Under the pieces are notes generated by a model. It saw only the letters and a list, made by a program, of their open reading frames with translations, did no database searches and was not told the origin of the DNA. A program made the position numbers and the translations under genes. Shown in pieces: positions 25,336 to 38,840 of a stretch of DNA of 64,000 nt. This DNA is from Ginglymostoma cirratum. Taxonomy: Eukaryota. Location: NCBI GenBank assembly GCA_024137785.1, contig JAHRHZ010000133.1, positions 67,070,245 through 67,134,244 of the forward strand, written 5' to 3'. Every line of letters begins with the position of its first letter. Position 1 is the first letter of the stretch.

Positions 25336-27199
25336 CTTCATTTCCACCATAACAAATCTGTGATTCTGCATGATTCTAATGTACAGCTCAGGTAATTGTT
25401 CTTTTAATTGTTTTCCTAAACCACTGCCCCCTCCCTAAAATGGATGTGTTGCCTTTGGAGCTAGGGCACATGAACGAAACAAGACCAGAGTTGTTCATGA
25501 TGGAGCTAGACAAGGATAAAGGAACAAATAATCATAGAAGGTACAAGAATCGTGATCCAAAGAGCTCACAGGAAAGAAATGTATATACCGTCTCAACTTA
25601 TTGACCAGGTTGACCATAAAACCTATGGAATAGAATGGCAAAAAATAGGATTTGTGGATTTGCATAGTTCATGACTGTTTTTATTTAGCATGGTTACGTC
25701 CATTTTCAGCATTCAGCTTCATCTTGTGCCAAGTCAATCACCAGCATGGCAATCCTTTCCAAATATAAACATACCTTGAAATTCACAACTGTATAATCCT
25801 CTCTGCACAGCTGGAGTTAGTTTCCAGACCTTGGAACTAGAAAAACTGTGCACTCGCACAAACATATGCAAGAGAACAAGCAAGAGACAGAGGGAGAGGT
25901 CGACAATGTTTGTGTGCGTTTGGGCAACCGAGAGAGAGAGCACACACAAAAGAAAGCAGTGCCTGCATATGTGCATGGTGCGTGTGTGCATCACATCTAT
26001 CAAACTTATTATTGCTGACCCAAATTCTCAGGTGCGAACCTTAAATTCCAAACTATACACAGAAATACCCACCAACATTTCTCATTTCAGTGATAGATTC
26101 AAAATACTTTAATTAGTTAAAGTACTACACTTAAAAGGATTTCTCAACCCTGGCAAATAGATGGTAATAATTTGAAATCCCTGAACTCAACTTGCAAGTT
26201 TCCAATTTTGGCAGGTTCAGTAACAAGATTTTACTATCTGCGGACCTTTCATTAAAAACAAGCCCAGTTTTATATAAACCTCATAATACTTCAATAGCCC
26301 TCAGGGGGATTCTACTAACGCAGATCACACACAAGCCCAGACTAGTAAATGATCTCCATCCAGTAAAAACAACCAGCAGACAAGTTCTGTAGACTGAGAG
26401 CTGCATGGACTTGTGACGTTTCCAGCGTTTTCTTTCTTACCAAATTCAAAAAAAAATTTATTGCAGCACAACGCAATCAAAATCAATTTAAACTGATTTG
26501 AGGACAAAATCCAACTCAGGACTGTAAATGAGAGATACTGGACAAGCAAACATACTACCTATTACCAATTCACTGGTAAGAAAGATGAGGTAGGGTGTCA
26601 GACAAATGGCAATCCACTAACCTCTTGCCCCACCCCATACTACACACTTTCCCCAACACCCCTCAGAATTACAAAAAAAGGGAGGTACAGACAGACAGAA
26701 ACAGGGAAAGAAGTTAGTGGTAAAAATGAACAATCTAAATGACTTCCATCATCTGATTTTAATACGTGGAATACAGCATGAACAGAAAAGGAAAGACAGT
26801 GGCTTAAAATGGCTACAGTGATCATTTCATCATAGTTTAAGCCAGTTGATAAAATCATCAATATGGATCCGGTCTGATCCAAAATGAATATGCCATCAAA
26901 ATAACTGATATGAATTACACAGATTTGTATCTCCTGTTTGATTTACACAGTTTTGGAAGTTTCACACATTGATATGAAATTCAACTGGTTATGCAGCTTC
27001 AAAAAAAAAAATGAAGCGAGACACAGGAATTCAGAAAAGAACTGTATTTCAGGTAACTCCTTTTGGACACAGCAGAGAGGAAAAAATATGGATTTTAATT
27101 AGTAAGTTTGCTCTTTCTCTCAACCCTTTGATGAACAGCGCCCATCGGGAAACAATCATTCATGAGGACAAAGATATCTACAAATTTATTGCTGCGAAT

Positions 27200-27572
27200 G
27201 ATGCGAGTCATCAATTAAACAACCATGATCTCGGGTTAAACCTAACAAGTCAAAGACTAGAGGTTTTTTTTTAAAACTATAAATCTTGATTCTCCTTTTT
27301 GTACCAGGCATTCTCCCCATTTTAACCTTTATACCTGTGTTCGTATATGTATTTGATGCGGCGTTTTATGATTTTGTCCAGGGTTGGTAAGCAATAAAAT
27401 TTCTCTTTCACTCAAGAAAACCTTGTAATTCATTTGTTATTTTTGAACTAGTGAATTGCATTTTAATTATAGGGTGATAAAACTGCTTGCTAAAAAGAAT
27501 TTTAAAACTTTATTACAATTGAGGGGGCTAAAAAGAGGGAAATGATTCTCTCCTTTTCACTTGGTCATAACA
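27200..27572 (+). mobile_element. Probable 3' part of a decayed solo LTR
   Basis: AATAAA near 27393 and a terminus cacttggtcataaCA resembling LTR ends. The 5' TG end was not located. Confidence 0.4.
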
Positions 27573-28384
27573 CTAAGAATTTCCTCGTTATTCTTTATTG
27601 TTACATGGCTTGTGAATAACCCACTAATCATAGTGTCGATCAAACACTGATGTTCATTATACAATTTACCCAAGGTTTCAAGAAGCTATAGGTAAAAGGA
27701 GTACTGGTGATCTTGCCTTTATTTCTGTCTTGTCTAGCAGTCACACCCGGCTACGAAGTTAGTCTTAAAAAACACTTAACATCTGGGACAGTTATATTCA
27801 AAGAAAATTAAGGCAAATTATGGTCACATAATTCCACACTTTGCTGGGAATAATGTGATTGGATTCCTCAAATGGTTCTCTCATGGCACTCAGTGACAGC
27901 AACATGTTACTCTACCTGGAATGGCCTGCATTCGAATCTTACAGCTCTCAACTCACGGAAATTATATTTCAAAATAGGTACTTCACCAGCTGCAAATGTT
28001 TTGGGAAGTCTGAAGGTCAAGAAAGGTGCTGTGAAGGTACAAGGTTGTCCTCTATCAATGTAAACAATGATAGGAAAGAAATTGGATCTTGCCAGTATTA
28101 CCCACACATTAAGAACATACGACAATCAAAAATAGATCAGCCCATATTTCCCCCAAGAACACTTCCCAAATGCCAGAGGTAACCGATTTGAAATGGAGTA
28201 AGGCTGTCATGCTTAATACTGTGTCCATCTTATCCACTGCTGACCAAGTAAGTTCATAAGAGGCTCCTATGGAGACTAAACACAGGCACAGGACAGTGGG
28301 GCTGAAGAGTCTTTTTTCTGTGCTGTAAATACCAAATCATATGAAAGCAAATCACATCAGTCTTGAAAACAATGGGTAGTGAAG

Positions 28385-28610
28385 AGGCAGCCATGTAGTG
28401 GTAATGTCACTGGACTAGTAATTCAGAACCCTATGTTAACGGTCTGGGGGCATGGGTTAAAACCATGAGGACCTAACCCTAACCCTATCGCAGGTGGCAG
28501 GTTATCAGGGGTAGACAGGAATGTAGAGTAATCAGATAAGCCATGATTTTACTGAATGCTGGAGAAGGTTCAAGGGACTGAGTTACCTTCTCCTGCTCTT
28601 ACGTCAATAT
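28385..28610 (+). mobile_element. Truncated SINE head joined to a CR1 3' tail via CCCTAA repeats
   Basis: gtggtaatgtcactggactagtaattcag...gggttaaa / cctaaccctaacccta / tatcagggg...gccatgat...aggttcaagggactgagttaccttctcctgctc. Confidence 0.6.
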
Positions 28611-30257
28611 GATGCACATGCCAGAAACAAGCAGCCCTGCCACCCCTACTAAGTGTAATATTAAAACAGCTGCAGATATCAACACACATGATAGGGCATG
28701 TTTTACTCGCAACTTCCAAGTAAACCTCGAGTATAAAAGTGGATCTTTCCACTTTGCTTCATCTGTTGCCACCATCAGAAGACTGAAAGAAATTACACGG
28801 AAACATGTTAAATCCTGTCCGCTTTCACATCATGTTTTCTTTTTGAATGCTTTTTAAACTTAGCTAAATTTTTAATTTATTATTTTCAGTAAGGCACTGG
28901 AACAAAACCAATCTCAATTTCAATAATCTAGTACAAGTATGTAGAAGCCCTGTAGCTTGTATGATCTTCTAAATTGTACTTTTTGCCCAAAGCAGGGATA
29001 TAACCAGTTACATTTGCTAAATGTCTGGACATTCTTGCTCAGTAATCCTGCAAATCTTCAACCTAGATTAGGCACTGGATTAAAATTACCACATCAATAA
29101 TACAATAGACTCCTTATTCTTCTATTCTTCCTTTCCCTTGTTCCACCCTCCCAATGCTGATTTTAAGACCTAATATTCCAATTATTTTTGTGTAAATTAT
29201 TAAATTCTTCATAAATATTGTGGTCACACTTCATCTGCACCTTTAGAATGAAAAGCAAACTCATCTTTGATCCTTTGGGAAGATCTGATACAAACACTTT
29301 AAATTTACTCCTGCTATCCTACACCACGGTGTTTCCTGAAATTAAAAATCCTTTGGGTCTAATAGTCATTGTCAGTCAAAGGTTTTCACCAGATCTACTA
29401 ACTTAACACAACAGCAATCCTCCCAAAGTGATGGCAGAAAAGAATTTCAGTTTTTTTTAAATATATATATATTTTAGCAGATAAAATACTCCAAAGACAT
29501 TAGCAGACCAAAACGAGATCACCACAGTAACTGTGCAATTGACAAACTGGCAAATGCTACAAATACTGTAATGCTTAAAGGCTGCTGTGTTTACATTGCT
29601 CTGGAGCTATTTTTAAACCGAGGAGCTCTTCACTATAAGAATGACGTGCTGATTGTACTGAATAATCAATGAGCACATGAGCAAGTCGATTCATTTATGG
29701 GTTTCAACTTAAAAATTGCATTGAGAAAGCAGCAATTGGGAAATCTGCACATAACTTGATCTTGATTATTTCAAAAAAGATTATTACCAGTACAAAATAG
29801 TCCAATATGAAAGAAAGATGGAATCCCTTTATTAGGTTAAGGGTTACAGGACTGAGGGGAGGCTGGTGCTGAAGAAGGGTCAACCATGAAGAGGTGAACA
29901 AGTTGAAGGGCTCAATGTCCAAGGCCTATCCCTATCTTTCTAAGAGAACTGTAGCTGAACAGATTGTTGGGGTTTTTTTTTATATAGTTTTGTGAAATGT
30001 CACAAGTACACATCTGAGCCAGTCAACATGTGGAACAGCAAGGCAGTTGAGACGGCAGGAGAAACAGTCATCAGTTCCAGTGAGATGCTCAACCACAGAG
30101 AGTGTGTGTTTTTTGTTTCAGATTCAATTTTCTCCACCCTGTCAACTGGACATAAAAAGTTCCTGCGCTACTTGTTCTGAAGGCTGTCAGGGAAATTCTT
30201 CCCTGAGTTCTAATCAACATATAGCCCTCACCATTATCACAGAAAAAAGTTATGATC

Positions 30258-30690
30258 TGGAGGCTTTTAATTATGAGGAGAGGTTGAATAAACTTGGATT
30301 GTTTTCACAGCAAAGATAGACACTGAGGGGCGACCTGGTAGAGGTTTACAAGACTATGAAAGGCATGAATACGGTGGATAATCAGAGGCTTTTTCCCCAG
30401 GGTGGAAAGATCAACTACAAGAGGGCACAGGTTCAAGCTGAGGGGGAACTGTTTAGGGGGAAAAGTGCAGGGAAAACTTTTCACGCAGAGGGTGGTGAGT
30501 TCCTGAAATACACTGCCAGTGGATGTGATGAAAGCAGGTACGTTTGCAACGTTTAAGGCATATCTTGATAGACACATGAATGGAAGGCGGACAGAGGGTT
30601 AGAAGCAGCGCATGGGCAAAAAATAGCGGGAATAGGAATCAGCACAGGCTTGGTGGGCCGAAGGGCCTGATCCTAAGCTGTACTGTATTG
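30258..30690 (+). mobile_element. CR1 3' fragment nested in a SacSINE1-like element (30185-30845)
   Basis: Encodes NYEERLNKLGLFS and ends in gggccgaagggcctg...ctgtactgt. The Deu-like core continues after 30690. Confidence 0.8.
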
Positions 30691-31430
30691 TATCACGGTG
30701 CTGCAGTTTGCAAGAGTTTTCTGTCCACAAACTGGCTACTTGCTTTTCCTGCAAAGTGACTGCACTTCAAGAACACTTCAATAACCATAAATGTTTTGGG
30801 ACATCCTAAAGTGGTGGAAGATGTCATATAAAAGCAAGTCTTCCTAACTCTATCTTCCTATCAATGAACCTTAAAAGACTCCAGCCAGAGATAGTAACCG
30901 AGACAGCAAATTGTTATTGAGAGCAAATCACAAAATTAATATATAAACATTTCCTGCCAAAAGAGATACAGAGCCAAGCAAGACTTTTCTTTTATTTTGG
31001 AAAAGGGGAAGGCAATCTGCACAAAATACAAGAGGCAGGTTAACAACTGTGATTAATTCTGACATGTTTGGAATAACTAAAATTAGCAGATCTGAACCCT
31101 GCTGACTTTTTAAACACGGCCAAAATGCTTCACAAACTTTTTTTTAAAAAATTGGGATTGAGCGGCCGGTCAGTGACACTGCGCACAAGTGTTAATGTTA
31201 ACCACCAGTGAAACTGTGTTACATGTCAAGACAGTTCAAGTAAATCTATTCAACACAAAACAATTAACAAAAACACTTCGAAAAGAGTAGACTTCTGTTT
31301 AAAAAGGGAGCACAAATGTCTGCAAACTGCTTTGTTAACTTTTGGAAACATTCTCCGTGGAATGGAAAGCTGAATTTGCAACAAAATCAAAACAGTGTAT
31401 CCACTTTGCGGTGCGGAACACAATGGGTTG

Positions 31431-31529
31431 TGAAGAGGGGTCACCGAACCCAAAACGTTAACTCTGATTTCTCTCCACAGATGCTGCCAGACCTGCCAAG
31501 ATTTTCCAGCAATTTCTGTTTTTCTTACT
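31431..31529 (+). mobile_element. Short Penelope-like copy with degenerate hammerhead; 8-bp TSD
   Basis: tgaaga ggggtcaccgaaccc aaaacgttaac...cagatgctgccagacctg. TSD atgggttg at 31423-31430 and 31530-31537. Confidence 0.75.
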
Positions 31530-32584
31530 ATGGGTTGGTGGAATGGTTAATAAAGAATTATCTAAAACATAAGAAGGCAAACATATTTTCCTTCAACTCT
31601 GGGAATGCTTTTGGTGTCTTAGGTACTTTATCATCTTTAATGGTCACAGTTCACTTGCACAGCACTGCAAACCTCCTGGTAATTTACATCCACTGGGCAA
31701 TACTCCCTTCTGTCCATCATGTAACCAAATGCATAGCAAACTTTTTTCTCCTTACACCACATGAAAGATATCATTCTGTGATGAAACTGCTTTCCCTGTT
31801 GACCTCTAAAATCCACAGGAGTTGTTTTACTTACTTGGACCTGAGCTCGCTGCCACTTCTGCTGCATCCCTGAATGTTACACAAATCACACTGCCAACCG
31901 ATCCATATTTCAGTGACACACTCATATCTCCAGTCAGTAGGTCATGGACTTAAACCCTGCTCCAGTGTCTTGAACAAAAAAATTTAGACAACACAAAATG
32001 CTGGCGGCATCATTCCAACAATCATTGTGATGAAACAAATACAGCCCAAAATGAGGCCATATGGCCCATCAAGCCTGTGCTGAGAATCCCATGTTCTTAG
32101 CATCAGCTGGAAATAGAGGACAGATGCTAGAATTTGTCTACCCTGTTCTCAGGGGAAACCAGCTGAAGGCTAGCAAGAGCGAAAGAAGATGCAAGCCTCT
32201 GTCTGAGAGGAAAGATGCATGAAACCAAGAACTGAGACAGAGAATACAGGGGCAATGCAGTGTGGGTGTGGAACATGCAAGAGTGTGAAAAGGACAAAAC
32301 CGAAGGATCTGTAAACAACTGAGTTTTGCACTTGAAGACAAAGGATTGTCAGTACACAGAAGACAGGAGAAATGTTTGTGGACACCACAGAGCATGACCT
32401 TTGATACCCTATTTCCCACTTGGTGATTTAATCTGGAGATCCTTTATATTCAAGTGATATTTCAGGACTTGGTCCTACAATCCCTGAGGGGCAAGGAATG
32501 AGCATATATGTGCATAAACATATGCTGTTGTGTATCTGTGTATATATAGTCTGTGCTTGTGTATACTACACATATTTTAGTTCA

Positions 32585-32885
32585 TTCATGTAGACCTCAC
32601 TGGCACGGCCAACATTTAATGACCATTCCTAACTAGACTAAATGAGTTTTTGTTAGCTTGTTTGAGAGGGCAGTTAGGAATCTCCCACATTGTTGTGGGT
32701 CTGAAATCACAGATCAGACCAGGAAAGGACAGTACAAGAAGTTCAATAAACCAGATGGATTTTTGAACAATCCAACAGTTCCATAATCAACATTGCTGAG
32801 ACTGGTTGCCTTTTTGTTTTTTGACTGAATTGAAATCCCCTAGCCACCATGGTGGGATCTGAACTTTTGACTCCTGGATCAAATA
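32585..32885 (-). mobile_element. Shark tRNA-derived SINE
   Basis: Reversed box B (gtgggatctgaac), with body and tail matching 38225-38595. Confidence 0.7.
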
Positions 32886-32924
32886 GTTACGATACAGGGA
32901 CAGCGTTATGGCAAAAGCGAGAAT

Positions 32925-32926
<2 letters not shown>

Positions 32927-32996
<70 letters not shown>
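32927..32996. repeat. (GT)35 microsatellite
   Basis: Perfect 70-bp dinucleotide run. Confidence 0.98.
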
Positions 32997-32998
<2 letters not shown>

Positions 32999-35384
32999 AT
33001 ATACATCATTTATGCATAAAATGCGAACTGTCTGCTGTTCTCATACTGCCGCACACAAGCAGCTGGGGATTCCTAAAAATAATGATCTGCTGGGTGCAGC
33101 CTTTTTGCAAATCGGACAGTTTGAGTTCTTCAGAGGCACAATCCAGTTACAGAACTGCACAGGATGCACTGGGCTGGGATTAAATTAACAAAATGCTTCA
33201 AATAATGCTGGAGTCGTGAAGAGGAAAAATAAAGGGTTAATTGAGCTCAGCAGGAAAGCTGTCATATGGCAGCTCCATGTGCCCTTCCAATTATTGAAAT
33301 GATCTGCTGAGTTCCCTGGGGAGATGTCACACTGCATTTCACAGCGACATTGAATGGCTACGCGTTATATTAGAGGCAGCCCACTCGGATAGGCTATAGG
33401 AGGTGTCACATTTGTGGACATGTGAAACGGAATGACTGCCAGGAAAGAAACAAAACTGCCAGACATCCTTTTTTTCCTTCTTCTTGGAATGGTACAAATA
33501 GTTGCAATTTTATGTGGGAGGGCAGGGAATAAATCATTTAAAAGGTTGGCGATTTAATAAAAGGTTAAAGTCAGTGTTGTCTGCAATCTGTTCTACACCT
33601 GCCACTGAAAGTAAAGCAGTAGATTTTCTACTAATCTGGTTTGGAAACCTGTGACAAGCACAGATCCACCTATGCCAATCCATCAGCCTGTACTTCCAGT
33701 AGGGAAATATTTTAACTCCACGCTGCACAGATATATTTTATCAAGCCCAACACATTTACACTAACACAATTAAGATGATTTTTCCATCATTCAATTCCTC
33801 TTCCCCCCACAACCTCTCAAAAAAAAAGAAAGTGCACCCAGTACAAGGCACCATTCTCAAAATGGGGATCCTTTACATCGGGGAAAGTGTTAAAAAAAAA
33901 AATCCCTTGAAGCTTCTGTAAAAACGTGATGGGAAGGAATGATACAAGTAGCCTTAGCACCCCTGAACAAGGAAGAACAATCAGCCTCTCCCGGTCAAAT
34001 CCAAGGACAGAATACCAATGACACCATTATCCCGCTCTCAATAAATGCAGGCACATGGCTGCAGAAAGTCCACTTAAGTTTTCAAACTCTGTAAAGCCCC
34101 CAACAAGGCACAACAGCAGTTTTAAAAGGACAGTGCGGCACTACTAGTTACAAACGAATAACAGTGTTTCATCCCAACCAGTTTCAACAAATTGCTCCCA
34201 ATAAACATTTGTACGTGGGCTACATCCATAGTTGCTTAACGTAATGGCAGTGAAGACTGTTACACACCACGTGTAAGGCAGCTCCTCAAATCAATAGACA
34301 TAATGTTCAACATGCCAATGGGACAAGTTCCCATTCATTCAGTAAAGTTAGGGTTAATCACAGTTCAATCTGCACAGGATTTCTGGGCCAATAGCCATTT
34401 ATTTTTCCCTGTATAATTTATGGTTCTGTGTCGTGCCGTTCCATTAAATTCCTTATGTGTGTACTCTCTTCTGAACCTTATTTTTTTAAAACAGTTACAG
34501 TATAAATATTACTTCATTACAGTCAATTGAAACCTCATTAATAAGAACACCTTGGTTAAAACTGACTCAGTCTTTTGTTCCCCTAGAAATGAGCCAATCT
34601 TTTTTTTTAAACATACAAGGCACACACAGAAGATTTCACCGCAACCTTAACAGTATAAATCACTGATAACAATAAAATGGGAGCTGTCAATCCCCACACA
34701 CAGTTCTTGTTGCTGAGGTATGGCTTCTTTTCTAAAATACTCTGCATCTAAAATACTTTGCATTGCATTGTCATATAGAATAATCACAAGTTAAATAACA
34801 GCTTGTGCTAAGTATAAAGAGTGCCCATTCCTTTATTTTCCTCAGAATGCACTGATAGCAGGTAGGGCATTGAATATCGCACACTAACAAGAAAGGGCTA
34901 TACAAAATAACTGTGCAGCACTCAAGATTCAAAGCAAACAGGCAATTTAACTGAAACTCATTACATCTTTATTTTTTTTAAAATTAAAGCATCAGTATTA
35001 GAAGTAAGGTCATTAAAAAAAAATGATTTTATACATGTACGTCAAAACATTGAACACAAGGGAAGAATTGGCCATCTTCATCAAAGAGACCTCTATTCAG
35101 AACAAGCCATCAAAGTTGGCTTACAAGGTTTGCCCGGTAAAAGGAAACCATTCCACATGCAAGACAATTACATCATAGTTGAGAATGCAGGGGAGGTCTA
35201 TTGGAAGGAGACAGTCCCTCTGAATTTCAATTTTTAAATGTTATCATTCTCCATTGTAAACTCTCCACCATATGTTAGATCTAAGATAGAACAATCTTGA
35301 GACAGCTTTCACTGCCAAGTCAGAACAGCCCAGCCTCTGCTGCATTCCAGAACTCAGTTTTCGATATTACTCATACTCACTGAG

Positions 35385-36330
35385 TCAGAATATGGTTGGA
35401 GCAGAGGGGATCATTTGGCCCATTGTGTCCATGTCATTTCACTGGAAGATATACTCACCTAAACCCACCCCCACACCATTTTCCCATGGCTCTGCAAACT
35501 TTCTCTCCTCAGGAACTGCCTAATTCTCTTTGAAAGCCACAATGTACCTACCACATTCTCCACAGATCCTAAACACTCACTGCATAAAATAAGTTTTCAT
35601 GCATGTCACCATTGCTTCTTTTCAAATCACCTTAAATTGGTGCCATCTAGTCCTTGATCTTTCCAGCAATAAGAACTGTCCATCCCTATCTACTCTGTCC
35701 AAACACTTCATGATTTAGAGCACCTCATTCAAATACCGCCCCCCCAGTCTTGGCTGAGAAGAACGGCCCCAGTTTCTCCAATCTATACATGTAGTTGAAG
35801 TCTCTCAATCCTGGAACCATTGTCGTGAATCATTTTTGATCCCTCACATCTTTTCTAAAGCATGCTGTCCAGAATTGGGCAAAAGACTCCAGTTGAAGCC
35901 AACCCAGTATTTTAATGGGTTCATATGTAACTTCATTGCTTTTGTACTATGTGAACCCATTTATGACACTCAGGGTCTCTTTGCCTTAGTAGCTGCTTTC
36001 TCAATCTGCCATGCCGTACAGTCAACACATCACAGAGACCAGCATAGAAAAAGACCTTCTCTGCCTATCATGTTGGTGTTGGTCAAAACCAGCCACATAA
36101 CAATTCTAATCCCATTTTCCAGCTCTTGACCCATAGACGACTATGGCCTGACATCTCAAATGCACATCTAAATGCTTCGTTCAAGGTCATGAGGGTTTCT
36201 GTCTCTATCATTTCACATAGTGAGTTCCAGATTCCTAACGCCCTGCATGTGAAAAGGTTTTTTCGCCTCACATCTCCTCCAAACTTTCTGCCCCTTGCCT
36301 GAAATCTATACTCCTGATCATTGATCCTAC
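35385..36330 (-). mobile_element. Two adjacent CR1 3' fragments (35385-36020; 36020-36330)
   Basis: Two reversed CR1 tails; peptide MRRKNLFTCRALGIWNSL resembles the CR1 ORF2 C-terminus. Confidence 0.75.
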
Positions 36331-37780
36331 TATCTTTAATAACCTACAAAATTCCAAAAGCATGATAAAGCAGACTAACTTGAGGTGGGAGGGTGGGTTC
36401 TGGTTCTCTAAATGCACCAGATCTTACTTGCTTGTAAAGTCCTGTGTTGCCAACTCTTCATTCACCAGTGCAATTCGATGACAGCACATCACAACTCAAG
36501 ATAGGACAGCCAAGAGAGATGCTTGCACTGCTGGAGAACCCAGGAGAAGGCTCCTATCTTTGACAGTGGGGTGAATGAATGGAAAAACAAGCTGGAAACG
36601 AATTGAGAAAACAAGCCTTGGTACTCTGTTTTGAGCTGAGCAGTTGTCATGGTCATGCACATTAGGGCTATCAGCTGTGCGGGCTATGAGCCACAGTCTA
36701 TAAAAATGTCAGTGCTGCAGTAATTAAGAGGCACAGGCTAGCTACTGAATGATAAGCTTTCTTTTTACCAGACTGCAATGAAAGAGGCCATCAGAGCAGC
36801 AAGAGGTTATTAACATTTTGTTTTTTTTAAATGATATATTTCGCTTTCCATTCAACAGCTCAGTTAACACACAGTCACCAAAAAACAATGGAGGTGTGAA
36901 GCCAGACACAAACAACCTAACTGCTTCAATCAACCAAAGTTTAGGGTCATTGCTGTGTTCCTGTGAGGTGGTTCTTTCTGTGGTCTTTCTTAAATGATTT
37001 TACCTGTGTTGTGTTTCCTAACATTTTCCAGACCATCAAGTTGTTCCATCTAAATTTGTACATTAAGTCAGTGGTGTGATATCAAAGCTGGCAATTTATA
37101 TTAGACTCTTTCCTCAGTAACAAGGAGTCATCAATTTAAACTGGTCACAAAGAGAGCAAGGAAGGTGGCTTGGGAAAAAAAAGCTTTATGCCAAGAATAT
37201 TTGATGGCTTTGCCAACAGCAGTGGTTGATGCGGAGAGAGGAAAAAAAACTTTAGGGGAACGCTGCAGAAATATTTGTAGCAGAAAAAGAACTACAGGGA
37301 CAGCACAGTCCAGTAGAATTAGTTTTGCACTGCTCCAACTGAACGATCTTCTGTGTTATAAACCTTTACAATACTGCATTACACAATCTCACTGTTGGTA
37401 AGCAAAACAACTTGCACGTGGGGGATTGAAAGTCTGTTGGGGAAGGGGAATTTGGGAGTAAAGATTGTATATACAAGCCTTTGACCTCATCATGTTGTGC
37501 TTTAAATGGTTCATGGACAATACTGATTTGCTTCTCTCAAAATGCCCCCAGAACAACAACCATCAATGGCCAACATTCACTCCAAATTATACCATTCTAA
37601 ATGGTCTCTCTGGGAATAAATGACATTGACAGGGCAAAAATCATGGAATGCAAATAAAAGCCAGATCAGAAGAAGGTCCGTTGCTTGATTTACATCAGCT
37701 GATTGTAATATCATTTCTCTGTAATTTCCCTGTATGTTTTCATCTTCTTCAACTCCTTACCTAGTATGTTCTAATCTGCT

Positions 37781-37920
37781 CAGTTCTGAGGAAGGGTCCC
37801 GGGACCAGAAATGTTAACTTTGTTTCTCCCTTCACAGATGCTGCTAGAACTGTTGAGCTTCTCCAGCAACTATGTTTTTGTTCCTGATTTACAGCATCTG
37901 CAGTTCTTTCGGTTTTTATT
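37781..37920 (+). mobile_element. Short Penelope-like copy with hammerhead motif; 16-bp TSD
   Basis: cagtt CTGAGGA agggtcccgggacca GAAA tgttaac...cagcatctgcag. TSD tatgt(t/c)ctaatctgct at 37765-37780 and 37921-37936. Confidence 0.8.
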
Positions 37921-38224
37921 TATGTCCTAATCTGCTGTTGGTCATAAGGTTAGCTGGACATGATAATTATTTGACATTCACAGATTTACTGCTACACCTC
38001 TCTGAAATCCCAGAGAAATGTCCTGTTCTCTTCTGCTCCTAATAAAGAATATGGGAACAGAGAAGCTTTGGGTTGGAGATAGGATTGCAAAACCATTGGC
38101 AGTGTTAACATCTAACCTAAGGCTTCGCATAAATACAGCATCACAGATATCACCTCATTCCTAAGTATGCTATTTGTGCGTGCCCTGCACATATATGTAC
38201 AGGGTTATGTCACAGCTGTGTAAC

Positions 38225-38595
38225 AGAGCAAGTAATCCAGAGGCCTGGGCTAATAATCTAGAAAATACGAGTTCATCTCCAACTGTGGTAGTGTAAATTT
38301 TTTGTGTTTGATCGTAGGTTTAAGAATCCGAAAATTAAAAAATGTTATCTGTAAAAGTGACCAGGAATATTTCAAATTGATCTAAAATTTTGACTGGGTT
38401 CCTTAGTTCCCTTTCGTAAAGGAAATCTGCTTCCTTAGCTGGTTTGGCCCATAAACATCTCCAGTCCCAAACCATTATTAAATGGGCCTAGCAAGGCACT
38501 CAGTTCATCCAATTACTACTTAGAAGATATTCACCAACACCTCAATCGGAGAAGGACAATAAATATCAGTTCCCCCACATCCCCAGAGAAGACAA
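38225..38595 (+). mobile_element. Shark tRNA-derived SINE
   Basis: agtaatccagaggcctgggctaat...aaggaaatctgc...gcctagcaaggcactcagttc...caataaat...cccacatccc. Confidence 0.7.
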
Positions 38596-38702
38596 ATTTA
38601 AAATAAGGTCAATGCAACTCACGAGCAAACAGAATAAGTGCTTGCTTAACATTCTTAATTGGTTCCTGGAAAACTCAACATTATATGAAACATTATATGA
38701 AA

Positions 38703-38840
38703 TATCATTTCTGATGAAGGGTCTAGGCCTGAAACGTCAAGTTTTCCTGCTCCTATGATGCTGCTTGGCCTGCTGTGTGTTCATCCAGCCCCACGCCTTG
38801 TTATCTCGGATTCTCCAGCATCTGCAGTACCTTTTATCTC
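38703..38840 (+). mobile_element. Young short Penelope-like copy with hammerhead motif (38707-38742); 12-bp TSD
   Basis: attt CTGATGA agggtctaggcct GAAA cGTC aagt; near-identical to 12075-12208. Flanked by cattatatgaaa. Confidence 0.85.

Noticed and set aside
31316-31873. 185-aa plus-strand ORF
   Set aside because: It runs through a Penelope fragment, has no recognisable domain and has no exon support.
32908-33188. CV-repeat peptides
   Set aside because: They are translations of the (GT)n microsatellite.
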